Source: Azoarcus sp.
GTDB lineage: Bacteria; Pseudomonadota; Gammaproteobacteria; Burkholderiales; Rhodocyclaceae
NCBI GenBank assembly: GCA_031257305.1
Contig: JAIRPB010000057.1
Location: forward strand, 1-43,810
Direction: 5' to 3'
Length of the DNA stretch: 43,810 nucleotides
Below, one piece after another: positions 27,553 through 37,468 of the stretch. Each line of letters opens with the position of its first letter. Positions within the stretch are counted from its first letter, which is position 1. A program made the position numbers and the translations under genes. Under the pieces are notes generated by a model. That model searched no databases, was not told the DNA's origin, and saw only the letters and a list, made by a program, of their open reading frames with translations.

Positions 27553-28668
27553 TTACGCCAAAATCTCACGCACCATCGGCAATTCCCAAAACGCTTTTTG
27601 AGCCGCTTCGTCAGAAAATTTTTCCCGCAGATGGCGCTGGACGCGTTCTGGATAATCTGCTGGCATTTTCCGTCCTGCAAGACGGATGAGGCATTGCGCC
27701 AGAGCTTCGGCATTTCCAAATGGAAATAAATCACCGATTTCCGCCACGACCTCGCGCCCGCCGCCGCAGTCGCTGCACACAACGGGCAGGTGGGCGGCGA
27801 GGGCTTCTAACAGCACCATGCCAAACGGCTCTCTGTCTGAAGACAGCGCGAACACGTCAAACGCCTTGAAATAGCGCCGCCCTTCCTCGACTTGGCCTAA
27901 AAAACGGATGCCATCGATCACGCCCAGTTCATTTGCCAACGCTTTGAGCGCGTTTTCTAAGCGGCCGCTTCCCATAATAGCCAGCACACTTTGAGAAGGG
28001 AGGCTAGGACGTGCCAGAGCAAAGGCACGGATGAGCGTGGCTTGGTCTTTGTCGGGATGCAGCCGCCCGACGTTGCCCACAACCCATGAATCAAGCGGTA
28101 AACCTAATGCGGCACGGGCAGTTTCACGAGAAATTAAACGGCTTTGTACCGCATCGACATCAATTCTGTTATAGAGCGTTGCGATACGGGAAGCGGGCCA
28201 TGCGGGCAGGGCAGCGCGGATGTCTTGCTGTATGGCATCCGAAACCCCCAAAAGACGCAGACGTTTTTTGAACGCACTCGCAAATAGCCGCCGCCCAAGC
28301 CGCCGATAATCCCCAAAAGTGTGGTGCACCCCGATAACAGGCAAATCCGTGGCAAGCAACCCGGTGTACATGGATTTGAAACGCTGCGCGATACAAAGGC
28401 AGAAATCACGCGAAGCCGCGATACGGCGGACTTCCCGGATAACCTTCCACTTGAGGCCGCTCATGGCCTCGCTCTCGTGACCAAGAAAAATGACTTCGTC
28501 CGGCGCGAGTGTCTGGATGACTTTTTCGTCCGGCTGGTCGATGAGCTGGACAGTGACAACCTGATGAGGCGTTCCCCGGAACAGCCGTGCGTACTGCCGT
28601 GCGCAATCCAGAAACGGCCCGTAATAGCCGTGGCAAAGCTGAAGGATAGGCCGCCCTTCCCCGCTCAT
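27553..28668 (-). CDS. GT4 glycosyltransferase, WapH (PA5004)-like
   Basis: LQLCHGYYGPFLDCARQYA, VGRLHPDKDQATL, SDREPFGMVLLEA. Confidence 0.88.
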   Translation of the reverse strand: MSGEGRPILQLCHGYYGPFLDCARQYARLFRGTPHQVVTVQLIDQPDEKVIQTLAPDEVIFLGHESEAMSGLKWKVIREVRRIAASRDFCLCIAQRFKSMYTGLLATDLPVIGVHHTFGDYRRLGRRLFASAFKKRLRLLGVSDAIQQDIRAALPAWPASRIATLYNRIDVDAVQSRLISRETARAALGLPLDSWVVGNVGRLHPDKDQATLIRAFALARPSLPSQSVLAIMGSGRLENALKALANELGVIDGIRFLGQVEEGRRYFKAFDVFALSSDREPFGMVLLEALAAHLPVVCSDCGGGREVVAEIGDLFPFGNAEALAQCLIRLAGRKMPADYPERVQRHLREKFSDEAAQKAFWELPMVREILA

Positions 28669-28675
28669 GAAACCT

Positions 28676-29926
28676 TTACGGCATACGGCGGAAAATGAGG
28701 GAAGTATTGATACCGCCAAACGCGAAATTGTTGCTCATTACGTATTCGCATTCCAAGCCAAGCCCTTCCCCCATGATGTAGGCCAACTCGGCACAGCGCG
28801 GGTCGACATTTTCAAGGTTGATGGTGGGGGCAAACCAATTGCGCCGCATCATTTCAATGGACCACCACGCTTCAATGGAACCCGATGCGCCCAAGGTATG
28901 GCCGATATAGCTTTTCAGCGAACTGATTGGGATCCGGGAGCCAAATACTTCGTAGGTGGCTTGGCTCTCCGAAACATCGCCTACGTCAGTCGCGGTACCG
29001 TGGGCATTTACGTACCCAATCGCCTCGGGAGGCAGGCCCGCATCGGCTAGCGCCAGTTTCATCGCAATCGCTTGGGTATCGGCACGCGGCTGGGTAACGT
29101 GCGTACCATCGCCATTGGTACCAAAACCCACGAGTTCCGCATAAATTTTCGCGCCCCGGGCGCGGGCATGTTCATACTCTTCAAGAATGAGCGTAGCGGC
29201 GCCTTCACCCACCACAAGGCCATCACGGTCACGGTCAAAGGGGCGGGGCGTGAGGTGCGGCTTATCGTTGAGCGGGCTGGCGGCAAAGAGGGTATCGAAT
29301 ACGGCCAGTACGCCTACCTCCAGTTCATCAGCACCGCCGGCAACCATTACATCCACATGATTCGCCAAAATGGACTCATAGGCATAGCCAATACCTTGGC
29401 TCCCAGACGTGCAAGCACTGGACGTGGTGATGATGCGCCCCGTTAGGCCAAACAGCACGGCAATGTTGGCCGGCGTGGTATGCGCCATCATGCGTATGTA
29501 GCTATTGGCAGTGAGCGAACCCACGTTGTGCGTATCGATGAGGCGGCCAAATTCGGCGGTCGCGTCCATCGCGCCGGTTGAAGAACCATAGGCCACGCCT
29601 ACGCGGCCGGAAGCCAAAAGGGCTTTGTCCTCCAAAAGCCCGGCATCAGCTAACGCAAGCTCGCTCGCCCGACAAGCCAGAATCGCCACGCGCCCCATGC
29701 TGCGGGTTGTTTTACGGTTATAACGTTCAGGCGGTAATGAAAATTCCTCCGCCGGTGCCCCCAAGCACGCGCGCAGACCCACAACATCCCGCCATTCCTC
29801 GATAAAACGCACGGCATTCTTCCGTGCCCGCAGACGTGTTTCGATACCGTCCCACTGGTTGCCAAGGGGCGTCAGCCCACTCACGCCTGTGACGACGACT
29901 CTCCTTTTTTCTGATGCGCGATTCAC
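28676..29926 (-). CDS. Beta-ketoacyl-ACP synthase, ApeR/FabF-like
   Basis: RRVVVTG, SSACTSGSQGIG, NAHGTAT, GHTLGASG, SNNFAFGGIN. Confidence 0.93.
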   Translation of the reverse strand: MNRASEKRRVVVTGVSGLTPLGNQWDGIETRLRARKNAVRFIEEWRDVVGLRACLGAPAEEFSLPPERYNRKTTRSMGRVAILACRASELALADAGLLEDKALLASGRVGVAYGSSTGAMDATAEFGRLIDTHNVGSLTANSYIRMMAHTTPANIAVLFGLTGRIITTSSACTSGSQGIGYAYESILANHVDVMVAGGADELEVGVLAVFDTLFAASPLNDKPHLTPRPFDRDRDGLVVGEGAATLILEEYEHARARGAKIYAELVGFGTNGDGTHVTQPRADTQAIAMKLALADAGLPPEAIGYVNAHGTATDVGDVSESQATYEVFGSRIPISSLKSYIGHTLGASGSIEAWWSIEMMRRNWFAPTINLENVDPRCAELAYIMGEGLGLECEYVMSNNFAFGGINTSLIFRRMP

Positions 29927-30675
29927 GACATGCCCCCGTTGACGGCAATAACTTGCCGCGTGATGTACGCGGCATCATCTGATAGCAAAAAACTGATAAC
30001 CGCAGCAACTTCTTCGGGCTTACCGGCTCTTTGGGCGGGAATCGCGGGCAACAGACGCTCCATCACATCCGGCTCAACCATTTCGGTTTCAATGAGGCCC
30101 GGCGCAACGCAATTAACGGTAATTCGCCGCTTGGCGAGTTCGATGGCAAGTGCTTTGGTTGCGCCGATAATGCCCGCTTTGGCGGCGCTATAGTTAACTT
30201 GCCCCCGGTTGCCTACCTGCCCAGAATACGACGAAAGCGTAATAATGCGCCCCGGGCGTCTTGCTTGCACCATCGGCAGGACAAGTGGACGCAGGACATT
30301 GTAGAAACCATCAAGATTAACGGTCAGCACACTGTCCCACTCATCATCGGTCATAGCGGGAAAAGCATTGTCGGCAACGATGCCGGCGTTGCAGACCACG
30401 CCGTAATACACGCCGTTTTTTTCGATGTCCGCCCCCAGCGCGGCACTCGCGGCCGCACGGTCGGCAACATCAAACTGGAGGACCCGAAGCGGCTCAATGC
30501 CCACGATAGGCGCAAGTTCTTTGGCTAAACGTTCTGTGCGTTCGCGCTGGCTACGGCAATGCAGGACGGGCAAAAAACCGTCCGCCGCCAGCCGCCGTGC
30601 AATAGCTTCACCGATACCTTGGGAGGCTCCCGTGACAAGAACGCTTTTGGGCTGTTGGGATGTTGTGTTGTTCAT
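29923..30675 (-). CDS. 3-oxoacyl-ACP reductase, ApeQ/FabG-like
   Basis: TGASQGIG, GVVCNAG, NRGQVNYSAAKAG, YITRQVIAVNGG. Confidence 0.93.
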   Translation of the reverse strand: MNNTTSQQPKSVLVTGASQGIGEAIARRLAADGFLPVLHCRSQRERTERLAKELAPIVGIEPLRVLQFDVADRAAASAALGADIEKNGVYYGVVCNAGIVADNAFPAMTDDEWDSVLTVNLDGFYNVLRPLVLPMVQARRPGRIITLSSYSGQVGNRGQVNYSAAKAGIIGATKALAIELAKRRITVNCVAPGLIETEMVEPDVMERLLPAIPAQRAGKPEEVAAVISFLLSDDAAYITRQVIAVNGGMS

Positions 30676-30694
30676 GTTTTTAGGAAGTGTGTGT

Positions 30695-31138
30695 TTAGGT
30701 GTTGAGTTTTTTGGGCATATAGGCAGTCAGTTGGGCCGTCACAAGCAAAACATCAGCGGGATGATAAATCGAACACCGCATCACGCCCACGCCGTTCTCG
30801 TCGTCACGCAAGGTTTCAACCGCTTTGACGGTGAGCGTTGTCCCGACATCAAACCCGTCGACATGGCTCGAAAACTTACGTACCGAAACCAGATAACAAA
30901 TTTTAGGGGAAGTATTCGCGGCAAGCGCCCGTGCGCCAATCAGTACGCCCCCGGCTTGAGCCATGTACTCAATACCCACATAGGCAGGCACACGCCCGTC
31001 ACGGCAGAAAGAACTGTCCGCCCGCAAGGTTAGTTCACAAGTAGCGTGTCCTTCTCCGATGTCGAGCACACGCTCCAACAGAAGCATGTGCCCCCGGTGC
31101 GGCAGGTATTCATGAATAGGCAAGTATTCTTGATTCAT
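30695..31138 (-). CDS. Hotdog-fold 3-hydroxyacyl-ACP dehydratase, ApeP-like
   Basis: LPHRGHMLLL, GIEYMAQ; ATGA overlap with the upstream ketosynthase gene. Confidence 0.88.
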   Translation of the reverse strand: MNQEYLPIHEYLPHRGHMLLLERVLDIGEGHATCELTLRADSSFCRDGRVPAYVGIEYMAQAGGVLIGARALAANTSPKICYLVSVRKFSSHVDGFDVGTTLTVKAVETLRDDENGVGVMRCSIYHPADVLLVTAQLTAYMPKKLNT

Positions 31139-32343
31139 GCTGCTATTTCTCGTTTCAATATTAGGCAAGCATTGCTGCCACCAAACGCAAAAGAAGTAGA
31201 AAGCGCATATTCTAACGGCACAGCGGTTTGATTTCCTATTTTGGCCAAGTTCAGCGGCGGGTCGTCAGGGTCTTGCTCGCCGTCCCAAAGGTGCGGCGGA
31301 AGACGGTGCCCCTCATCAGTGAGGGCGAGCCAGCAAATAGCCGCTTCCATCGCCCCCGCAGCACCGAGCGTGTGTCCGGTAAGCGGTTTGGTTGAACTCA
31401 TGGGCACACCGGGAAATAACGCGGCCATAACACGGCTTTCCATCGCGTCATTTTGCTTGGTGGCCGTACCGTGCAGATTAACGTAGCCCACGGCAGAAGC
31501 GGGTATCCGCGCACGTTCTAGCGCCGCATGGATGGCCAGTTTCGCGCCTTCCCCCGTTGGGTCGGGGGCAGAAATATGGTAGCCGTCCGAACTCTCTCCC
31601 CAGCCCGCCAAACAAATCGGCGGGGTATCCGTAGGTTTTTCTCTTGTGAGCAGAAAAAGCGCGCCCGCTTCGCCAATATTGATGCCCTTGCGGTTTTTGG
31701 AGAACGGCAGGCACGGTTCGGCAGACACGGATTCCAACGACGAAAACCCCGCAACCGTAAAGCGCGTGAGGGTATCCACCCCTCCGGCTATCACAATGTC
31801 AGCCATATCCGCCTTCAAAAGCCGGGCGGCGGAGACCAGTGCTTTAGCACTGGACGTGCAAGCGGTTGAAATACCGTAGGTAGGCCCCGCCGCGCACAGC
31901 GTTCTAGCCAGCATATGCGCGGGAGAACCTAATTCTTGTTGCAGGTAATGGAAATTCTGTGGAAAGTGCCCGGCTTCTTTGCGAAACCTCACCGCGCTTT
32001 CCGCTTCAAACATGCCGGAAGTGCTGGTTGCGATAATGACCGCAATCCTAGATGCCGGTATCCCGGCCGCCAATCGGCGATAAACCGGCTCAATGCGCTG
32101 AAACGCGGCAAGCACTAACGCATTGTTGCGCGAACGGGCTTCAATAGGCAAAAACCCAACGTCCGGCAGCGCCGCATCCACCCTGCCAAGATAGAGCGGA
32201 CGCCCCGGGCTGTAAGCATCGCTCATGCACATGCCGGGGCTGCTACCGCCAAACAGCGTCTCACGGAGACTAGGCAGGTCATCCCCCAATGCGCACAAAA
32301 TTCCCGGGGAATGAAGGTATATCGGTGAAGATTCAAATTTCAT
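31135..32343 (-). CDS. Beta-ketoacyl synthase, ApeO-like
   Basis: SRNNAL, STACTSSAKAL, GINIGEA, NLHGTAT..ND.MES, GHTLGAAG, SFAFGGSN. Confidence 0.9.
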   Translation of the reverse strand: MKFESSPIYLHSPGILCALGDDLPSLRETLFGGSSPGMCMSDAYSPGRPLYLGRVDAALPDVGFLPIEARSRNNALVLAAFQRIEPVYRRLAAGIPASRIAVIIATSTSGMFEAESAVRFRKEAGHFPQNFHYLQQELGSPAHMLARTLCAAGPTYGISTACTSSAKALVSAARLLKADMADIVIAGGVDTLTRFTVAGFSSLESVSAEPCLPFSKNRKGINIGEAGALFLLTREKPTDTPPICLAGWGESSDGYHISAPDPTGEGAKLAIHAALERARIPASAVGYVNLHGTATKQNDAMESRVMAALFPGVPMSSTKPLTGHTLGAAGAMEAAICWLALTDEGHRLPPHLWDGEQDPDDPPLNLAKIGNQTAVPLEYALSTSFAFGGSNACLILKREIAA

Positions 32344-32893
32344 GTGACTCCAAAATAAGCTCATAGCCCCCGTCAATATTCTTGAACCGGACTTTTCCCT
32401 GCCAGACTGAGGACGTTTCAAAATCCACTACGATTTTTGCTACGCCATCAAAAAAAATTTCGCGCCTTAATTTCCCCTCCGCAAACGTTTCAACCACGCT
32501 TGCGCCGGGCGGCAAAGCACGACGCAAATTTTCCAGCGGCGCGGCAATCACCAAAAAATCATTCAGGATGCGTTTGCCCTCCGGCGCATGAGGCACAAAA
32601 CGCTGTTCAGTGAGTGTAACGCCATTATATTCGAGGCTCGCCAAGCGCATCCCAAAGGCCAGCATGACAAGCCGCAGATGCTCCGGGGTTATTTCTAGCA
32701 CAGCATCCATCACCCGCTCGCCCCCCGGCCAGCGGATAAGCAAGCGTTGCTCAACCGTGCGTTCCCCCAGCGCCGCTGGCGCGACTTGGAGCGGTTCTGT
32801 CAAAAACGCCTGCCTTGGCGCCAGCAAACCGCAGGCGCCAAGGCTTAACGCAAAACAAACACAAGCAATGCTGGCAAACAGGCTACGCCGCAT
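32333..32893 (-). CDS. DUF3261/ApeN-like lipoprotein
   Basis: Lipobox LGAC after a basic/hydrophobic signal; position directly before the ApeO-like ketosynthase; TGATG coupling to the upstream gene. Confidence 0.78.
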   Translation of the reverse strand: MRRSLFASIACVCFALSLGACGLLAPRQAFLTEPLQVAPAALGERTVEQRLLIRWPGGERVMDAVLEITPEHLRLVMLAFGMRLASLEYNGVTLTEQRFVPHAPEGKRILNDFLVIAAPLENLRRALPPGASVVETFAEGKLRREIFFDGVAKIVVDFETSSVWQGKVRFKNIDGGYELILESHEI

Positions 32894-34131
32894 CAGGCTG
32901 CCAGTTCGCATGCCGCTTTCACAGAAACCAGACGGCGCTCCGGCTTGGAAACAAAGGGATTTTTCTCGTCCCAAGCATAGCCCGCCAGCACGGCTGAAAT
33001 CATGCGCGTGACTTCTGGTTTCTTACCGGGCAAGAAAATGAGTTCTTGTAGACGCCGGTCATACCAAGAGGTAACAAAGGAACGGAAAGCCTCAACCCCG
33101 ACCATCAGCGGTTTAGCGTATTCCTGCTGCCAATCAACCGGCTCACCATCGAGTTGCTTCAAAAGCGCCTTGACCGCGAGGTCAGAGGATTTGAACGCAA
33201 TCGTGACGCCAGAAGAAAACACGGGGTCGAGAAATTCAGTTGTATTGCCAAGAAGCGCAAAATTGCGCCCATAAAGCGCCTTGACGTTAGCGGAATAACC
33301 CACAATATGACGCACCGGCGTATCCCACACAGCGTTTTCAAGCAATGCCGCCAAATTGGGAGTACGCGAGACGCGGTCAAGCAACTGCGTTCTGTCGTCG
33401 CGGGAATCAAATTGCTCCTTCCGCCCCACCACGCCAATTGATGAACGCCCATTTGAAAACGGGATGAGCCAGAACCAGACATCGGTTTCATCCGGCGGGA
33501 CAGAAATTAGGATTTTATTGCGGTCAAACTCCGCAACGGCATTCCGTGCAATGCGGTCCTCGATATGCGTAAAAATCGCCTGACGTACCGGCAGGCCCGA
33601 AGGCGCTTCAAGGTCAAGCAACCGGGGCAAGACGCGCCCATAACCGCTTGCATCAAGCAAAAATTCCCCTGTTATCTGGTATGGCTCACCGTCCTTAGGC
33701 CGCACGGTGACAACAGGCTTCTCGCCTTCCACATCAATAGCCGTGACTTCGTGGTTATAGCGGACATCCGCCCCCATACGCTGTGCCGCGTCGGCAAGCA
33801 CTTTGTCAAAAGGGCCGCGCTGTACTTGATAGGTTGTCCCCCACCCGGGAGAAAATTTATCCCGGAAATCAAAACAGGCATATTGATTTCCGCATGCGAA
33901 AGCCGCGCCATTCTTAAACTGAAAACCGGCTTCGACCACATCCCGCAACATACCGGCCGCTTCAATAAATTCCATACTCTGCGGCAACAAGCTCTCGCCA
34001 ATGACGAAACGCGGAAAAGCCTCTTTTTCGAGTATCGTGACGGTCCGCCCCGCTTTCCGCAAAAGCCCCGCCGCTACAGCGCCGGAAGGCCCCGCGCCGA
34101 TAATGACAACTTCACTTTTTTCTTGACGCAT
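32893..34131 (-). CDS. FAD-dependent oxidoreductase/halogenase-family protein of aryl-polyene clusters
   Basis: IIGAGPSG, FPRFVIGESLLP, WFWLIPF, FLDPVFSSGV; GGAGG RBS before ATG 34131. Confidence 0.88.
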   Translation of the reverse strand: MRQEKSEVVIIGAGPSGAVAAGLLRKAGRTVTILEKEAFPRFVIGESLLPQSMEFIEAAGMLRDVVEAGFQFKNGAAFACGNQYACFDFRDKFSPGWGTTYQVQRGPFDKVLADAAQRMGADVRYNHEVTAIDVEGEKPVVTVRPKDGEPYQITGEFLLDASGYGRVLPRLLDLEAPSGLPVRQAIFTHIEDRIARNAVAEFDRNKILISVPPDETDVWFWLIPFSNGRSSIGVVGRKEQFDSRDDRTQLLDRVSRTPNLAALLENAVWDTPVRHIVGYSANVKALYGRNFALLGNTTEFLDPVFSSGVTIAFKSSDLAVKALLKQLDGEPVDWQQEYAKPLMVGVEAFRSFVTSWYDRRLQELIFLPGKKPEVTRMISAVLAGYAWDEKNPFVSKPERRLVSVKAACELAA

Positions 34132-34401
34132 TTTGGCTCCCTCCAAGAACATGTGATAAAAAAACGCATAATTATCTACCAAACGTTTTTGGAATACCAC
34201 TCTCAAAACGTTTATATAAATTCAATCGGCAACCAGCGGCGGCGTGTTATCTGGTTAGAAACAAGAAACAAAAAACAGCACAGCAAAGGTATTACTAAGA
34301 CACATTTTGTAACGTTGCATCGCAACAAACGGGCAAATTCAATGCAGAATACGCGGTTACGCAACGCCTCGCCCATTACAAAATAAAGTGCGGTCCATCT
34401 T

Positions 34402-36165
34402 ATGAAATTCACCGTCCCCCAACAGGTATTCGATACCCTGCACGGCTTCCGCCGTGTTTTCCGCCCAAAATTACTCGACACCCTGCACGGCTACAACCGC
34501 GATATGTTTTTTCAGGACGCCTCCGCCGGCGTCACCGTGGGGGTACTGGCGCTTCCGCTGGCAATGGCTTTTGCTATCGCCAGCGGGATGTCTCCTAGCG
34601 CGGGTATTTGGACGGCCATCATCGCGGGATTTCTCATCTCACTGCTAGGCGGGTCAAAAGTCCAGATTGGCGGACCCACCGGCGCATTCATTCCCATTGT
34701 TTACGGCATCGTTGCCACGCTAGGCGTCCATGACCTGCTCATCGCTACCATGATGTCGGGCCTGATGCTTTTTGCGCTAGGCGCATTGCGCCTTGGCGGG
34801 ATGATTCGTTTCATCCCGCGCTCTGTGGTCATCGGGTTTACCAGCGGCATTGCCGTTGTTATTTTTATTTCGCAAATTAAAGACTTCCTTGGCCTGCCCA
34901 TTGATAACCTGCCCGGCGAGTTTTTTGCCAAGGTCAAGACGCTCTACGCCGCCCTGCCCAACCTGCATTGGCCTACCGTGCTGGTTTCCGCCGCATCGCT
35001 CGCATCGCTGCTGACATGGAACCGGATGTCCCTCAAAGTTCACTGGATGCGGCGGCTGCCGGGGCCGCTTGTGGTGCTCATCCTCTTTACCGCCGCCAAT
35101 GCTGTGGCAGAAACTCTAGTCGCCCTCTCTGGAACGCATCTTGAATCCGGCCAATGGATTGCCACTATCGGCTCACGCTTCAACGGCATTCCGCAACAAC
35201 TCCCCGCCATCGGGCTACCCGGCCTAACGCTAGAAAACCTAGGCAAACTTTTTGCCCCCGCGCTCACCATCGCACTGCTCGGCGCTATCGAATCGCTGCT
35301 TTCTGCCCGTGTAGCCGACGGCATGATTGATGACCGCCACAATCCCAACCAAGAATTAATGGCGCAAGGCATCGCCAATTTTATCGCCCCTCTCTTCGGC
35401 GGGTTTGCCGCGACGGGCGCCATTGCCCGTACCGCGACCAACGTCCGCAGCGGCGGGCGTACCCCTATTGCCGGCATTATTCATGCTGTCGTGCTACTGG
35501 GCATCGTGCTCGTGCTCGCGCCGCTGGCCAACTTCATCCCGCTGGCAACGCTCTCTGCCATCGTCGTGGTCGTCGCCATCAACATGGGCGACTGGCACGC
35601 GCTCGCGCCGCGAGAACTCAAACGTTTCCCAAACACCTACCGCGCCAAATTGCTTGGCACGTTCTTAATCACCATCATTTTTGACCTCACGTTAGCCGTT
35701 GAAATCGGCATGGGATTAGCCAGCCTTTTCTTCATCTACCACATGGCTAAACTCACGCGAATTGAACCCGTTGTATCAGGGACGGCAGATGCGGAAGCGC
35801 ATGTGCGGGCTTATCGGATTATTGGCACGCTCTTCTTCGGGGTCGCCAACAAAATGGAAGATTTGCTACTGGCCCAAGAAACGCTGCCCAAGATGGTCAT
35901 TCTGGACTTAGACAAGGCCATCAATATCGACCCCACAGGTTTAGAAATACTGCAAACCCTGCACCGGAACTTACAAAAAGAAGGCGCCAAACTCCTGCTG
36001 TGCGGCCTCAATAAACAACCCAAATCCATCATCCTGCGTTCAGGCTTTTTGGATGTGCTGGGAAAAGAAAACATTTACGCCAACCTCGGCGCGGCACTCA
36101 CGCACGCGAGGCAGGAACTAGATGTAAAAGGGCACCCCGGGGAAACACCGCCTCAAGCGGCGTAG
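34402..36165 (+). CDS. SulP/SLC26 anion permease with STAS domain
   Basis: ALPLAMAFAIASG, QIGGPTGAF, GAIESLLSA, NQELMAQG, TGAIART, GTLFFG. Confidence 0.95.
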   Translation: MKFTVPQQVFDTLHGFRRVFRPKLLDTLHGYNRDMFFQDASAGVTVGVLALPLAMAFAIASGMSPSAGIWTAIIAGFLISLLGGSKVQIGGPTGAFIPIVYGIVATLGVHDLLIATMMSGLMLFALGALRLGGMIRFIPRSVVIGFTSGIAVVIFISQIKDFLGLPIDNLPGEFFAKVKTLYAALPNLHWPTVLVSAASLASLLTWNRMSLKVHWMRRLPGPLVVLILFTAANAVAETLVALSGTHLESGQWIATIGSRFNGIPQQLPAIGLPGLTLENLGKLFAPALTIALLGAIESLLSARVADGMIDDRHNPNQELMAQGIANFIAPLFGGFAATGAIARTATNVRSGGRTPIAGIIHAVVLLGIVLVLAPLANFIPLATLSAIVVVVAINMGDWHALAPRELKRFPNTYRAKLLGTFLITIIFDLTLAVEIGMGLASLFFIYHMAKLTRIEPVVSGTADAEAHVRAYRIIGTLFFGVANKMEDLLLAQETLPKMVILDLDKAINIDPTGLEILQTLHRNLQKEGAKLLLCGLNKQPKSIILRSGFLDVLGKENIYANLGAALTHARQELDVKGHPGETPPQAA

Positions 36166-36209
36166 AAAACCCGCTTCAAGAATTTGGACGAAGGCAGGAG
36201 AGTAGATAA

Positions 36210-37349
36210 ATGAAACAAAAGGAACCCATAACCAGAAATTCCTCGGAAATTACCAAAAAGGGCGCAAAAGTAGCCGTGAGTGATACGAGCAATATTGACG
36301 AGGCCACTTTGTACGACCGCGTCGCCGCTATCATCGACCACCGCAAAGCCCGTGCTGGAGCCTATGCAAACCGCGAAGTCACGTTAATGTATTGGGAAAT
36401 TGGGCATCACATTAACTCAACTTTACTCGGCGGCGAACGCGCCGAATACGGCAAACGAATTGTTGCGACACTGGCGCGACAACTACAAGAAAAATACGGG
36501 AACAGCTTCGATTACACAAATGTACGTCGCATGATGCAGTTTGCCGCAAGATTTCCTGAAATCGAAATTGTTGCGCCGCTGGCGCAACAATTAAGTTGGT
36601 CGCATTTCACTGAATTGTTGCCTCTAAAATCCGATGAAGCATTTATGTATTATGCCAACGATGCTGCGGTACGTCGCTTGGGAAAACGTGAATTACGACA
36701 TCAAATTGACCGCAGGGCATATGAGCGGCGTGAAATTGCCAATTCAAATCTGACTGACGAATCATCAATACCATTCAATGTTTTCAAGGATCCATATATT
36801 CTTGACACGCTCGGATTGAAAGAAAATTTCAAAGAAACCGACTTAGAAAAAGCCATATTGACAGAACTCGGGGCTTTTATCATGGAATTCGGGCATGGTC
36901 TTACTTTTGTCGGTCGGCAAAAAAGATTCACATTCGATGGAGAAGATTTCTATCCAGATCTTCTGTTCTATCATCGAGACCTGAAACGGCTAATCGTTAT
37001 TGAATTAAAAATCGGCAAATTCAAAGCGGAATATAAAGGACAGATGGAAATGTACCTGAAATGGCTTAATCGCTATGAACGAAGGAAAGACGAGAACGCT
37101 CCTATCGGCTTACTTCTTTGTACAAAAGCAAGCCGCGATCAGATTGAGCTTCTTGAACTCGACAAAGCTGGCATTGCCGTTGCAGAATATTGGACTGTTC
37201 TTCCGCCCAAAGCGGAACTTGAACGCAAAATCAACGAAATCATGCTAGAAGCAAAAGAACGTTTGGCACGACGTAAGTCGCTTTCCTCATTTACAGCATA
37301 TAAACAAATCGATTATTTCTATGAACCAAAGGATGACGCAAATGAATAG
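36210..37349 (+). CDS. YhcG/DUF1016 PD-(D/E)XK nuclease-domain protein
   Basis: MYWEIG, RAEYG, LSWSHF, FKDPYILD, DLLFYHRDLKRLIVIELK, GQMEMYL. Confidence 0.92.
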   Translation: MKQKEPITRNSSEITKKGAKVAVSDTSNIDEATLYDRVAAIIDHRKARAGAYANREVTLMYWEIGHHINSTLLGGERAEYGKRIVATLARQLQEKYGNSFDYTNVRRMMQFAARFPEIEIVAPLAQQLSWSHFTELLPLKSDEAFMYYANDAAVRRLGKRELRHQIDRRAYERREIANSNLTDESSIPFNVFKDPYILDTLGLKENFKETDLEKAILTELGAFIMEFGHGLTFVGRQKRFTFDGEDFYPDLLFYHRDLKRLIVIELKIGKFKAEYKGQMEMYLKWLNRYERRKDENAPIGLLLCTKASRDQIELLELDKAGIAVAEYWTVLPPKAELERKINEIMLEAKERLARRKSLSSFTAYKQIDYFYEPKDDANE

Positions 37350-37468
37350 CTTAGTATTCTAATCAGCGCATTTTTCGCCATACTCACCGCCTAATTCCCC
37401 TTCATCGCCCAGAACTCAAAAACATAAGAAAAACACTGCTTAAAAGGATGTTTATATAAACAAACAGC

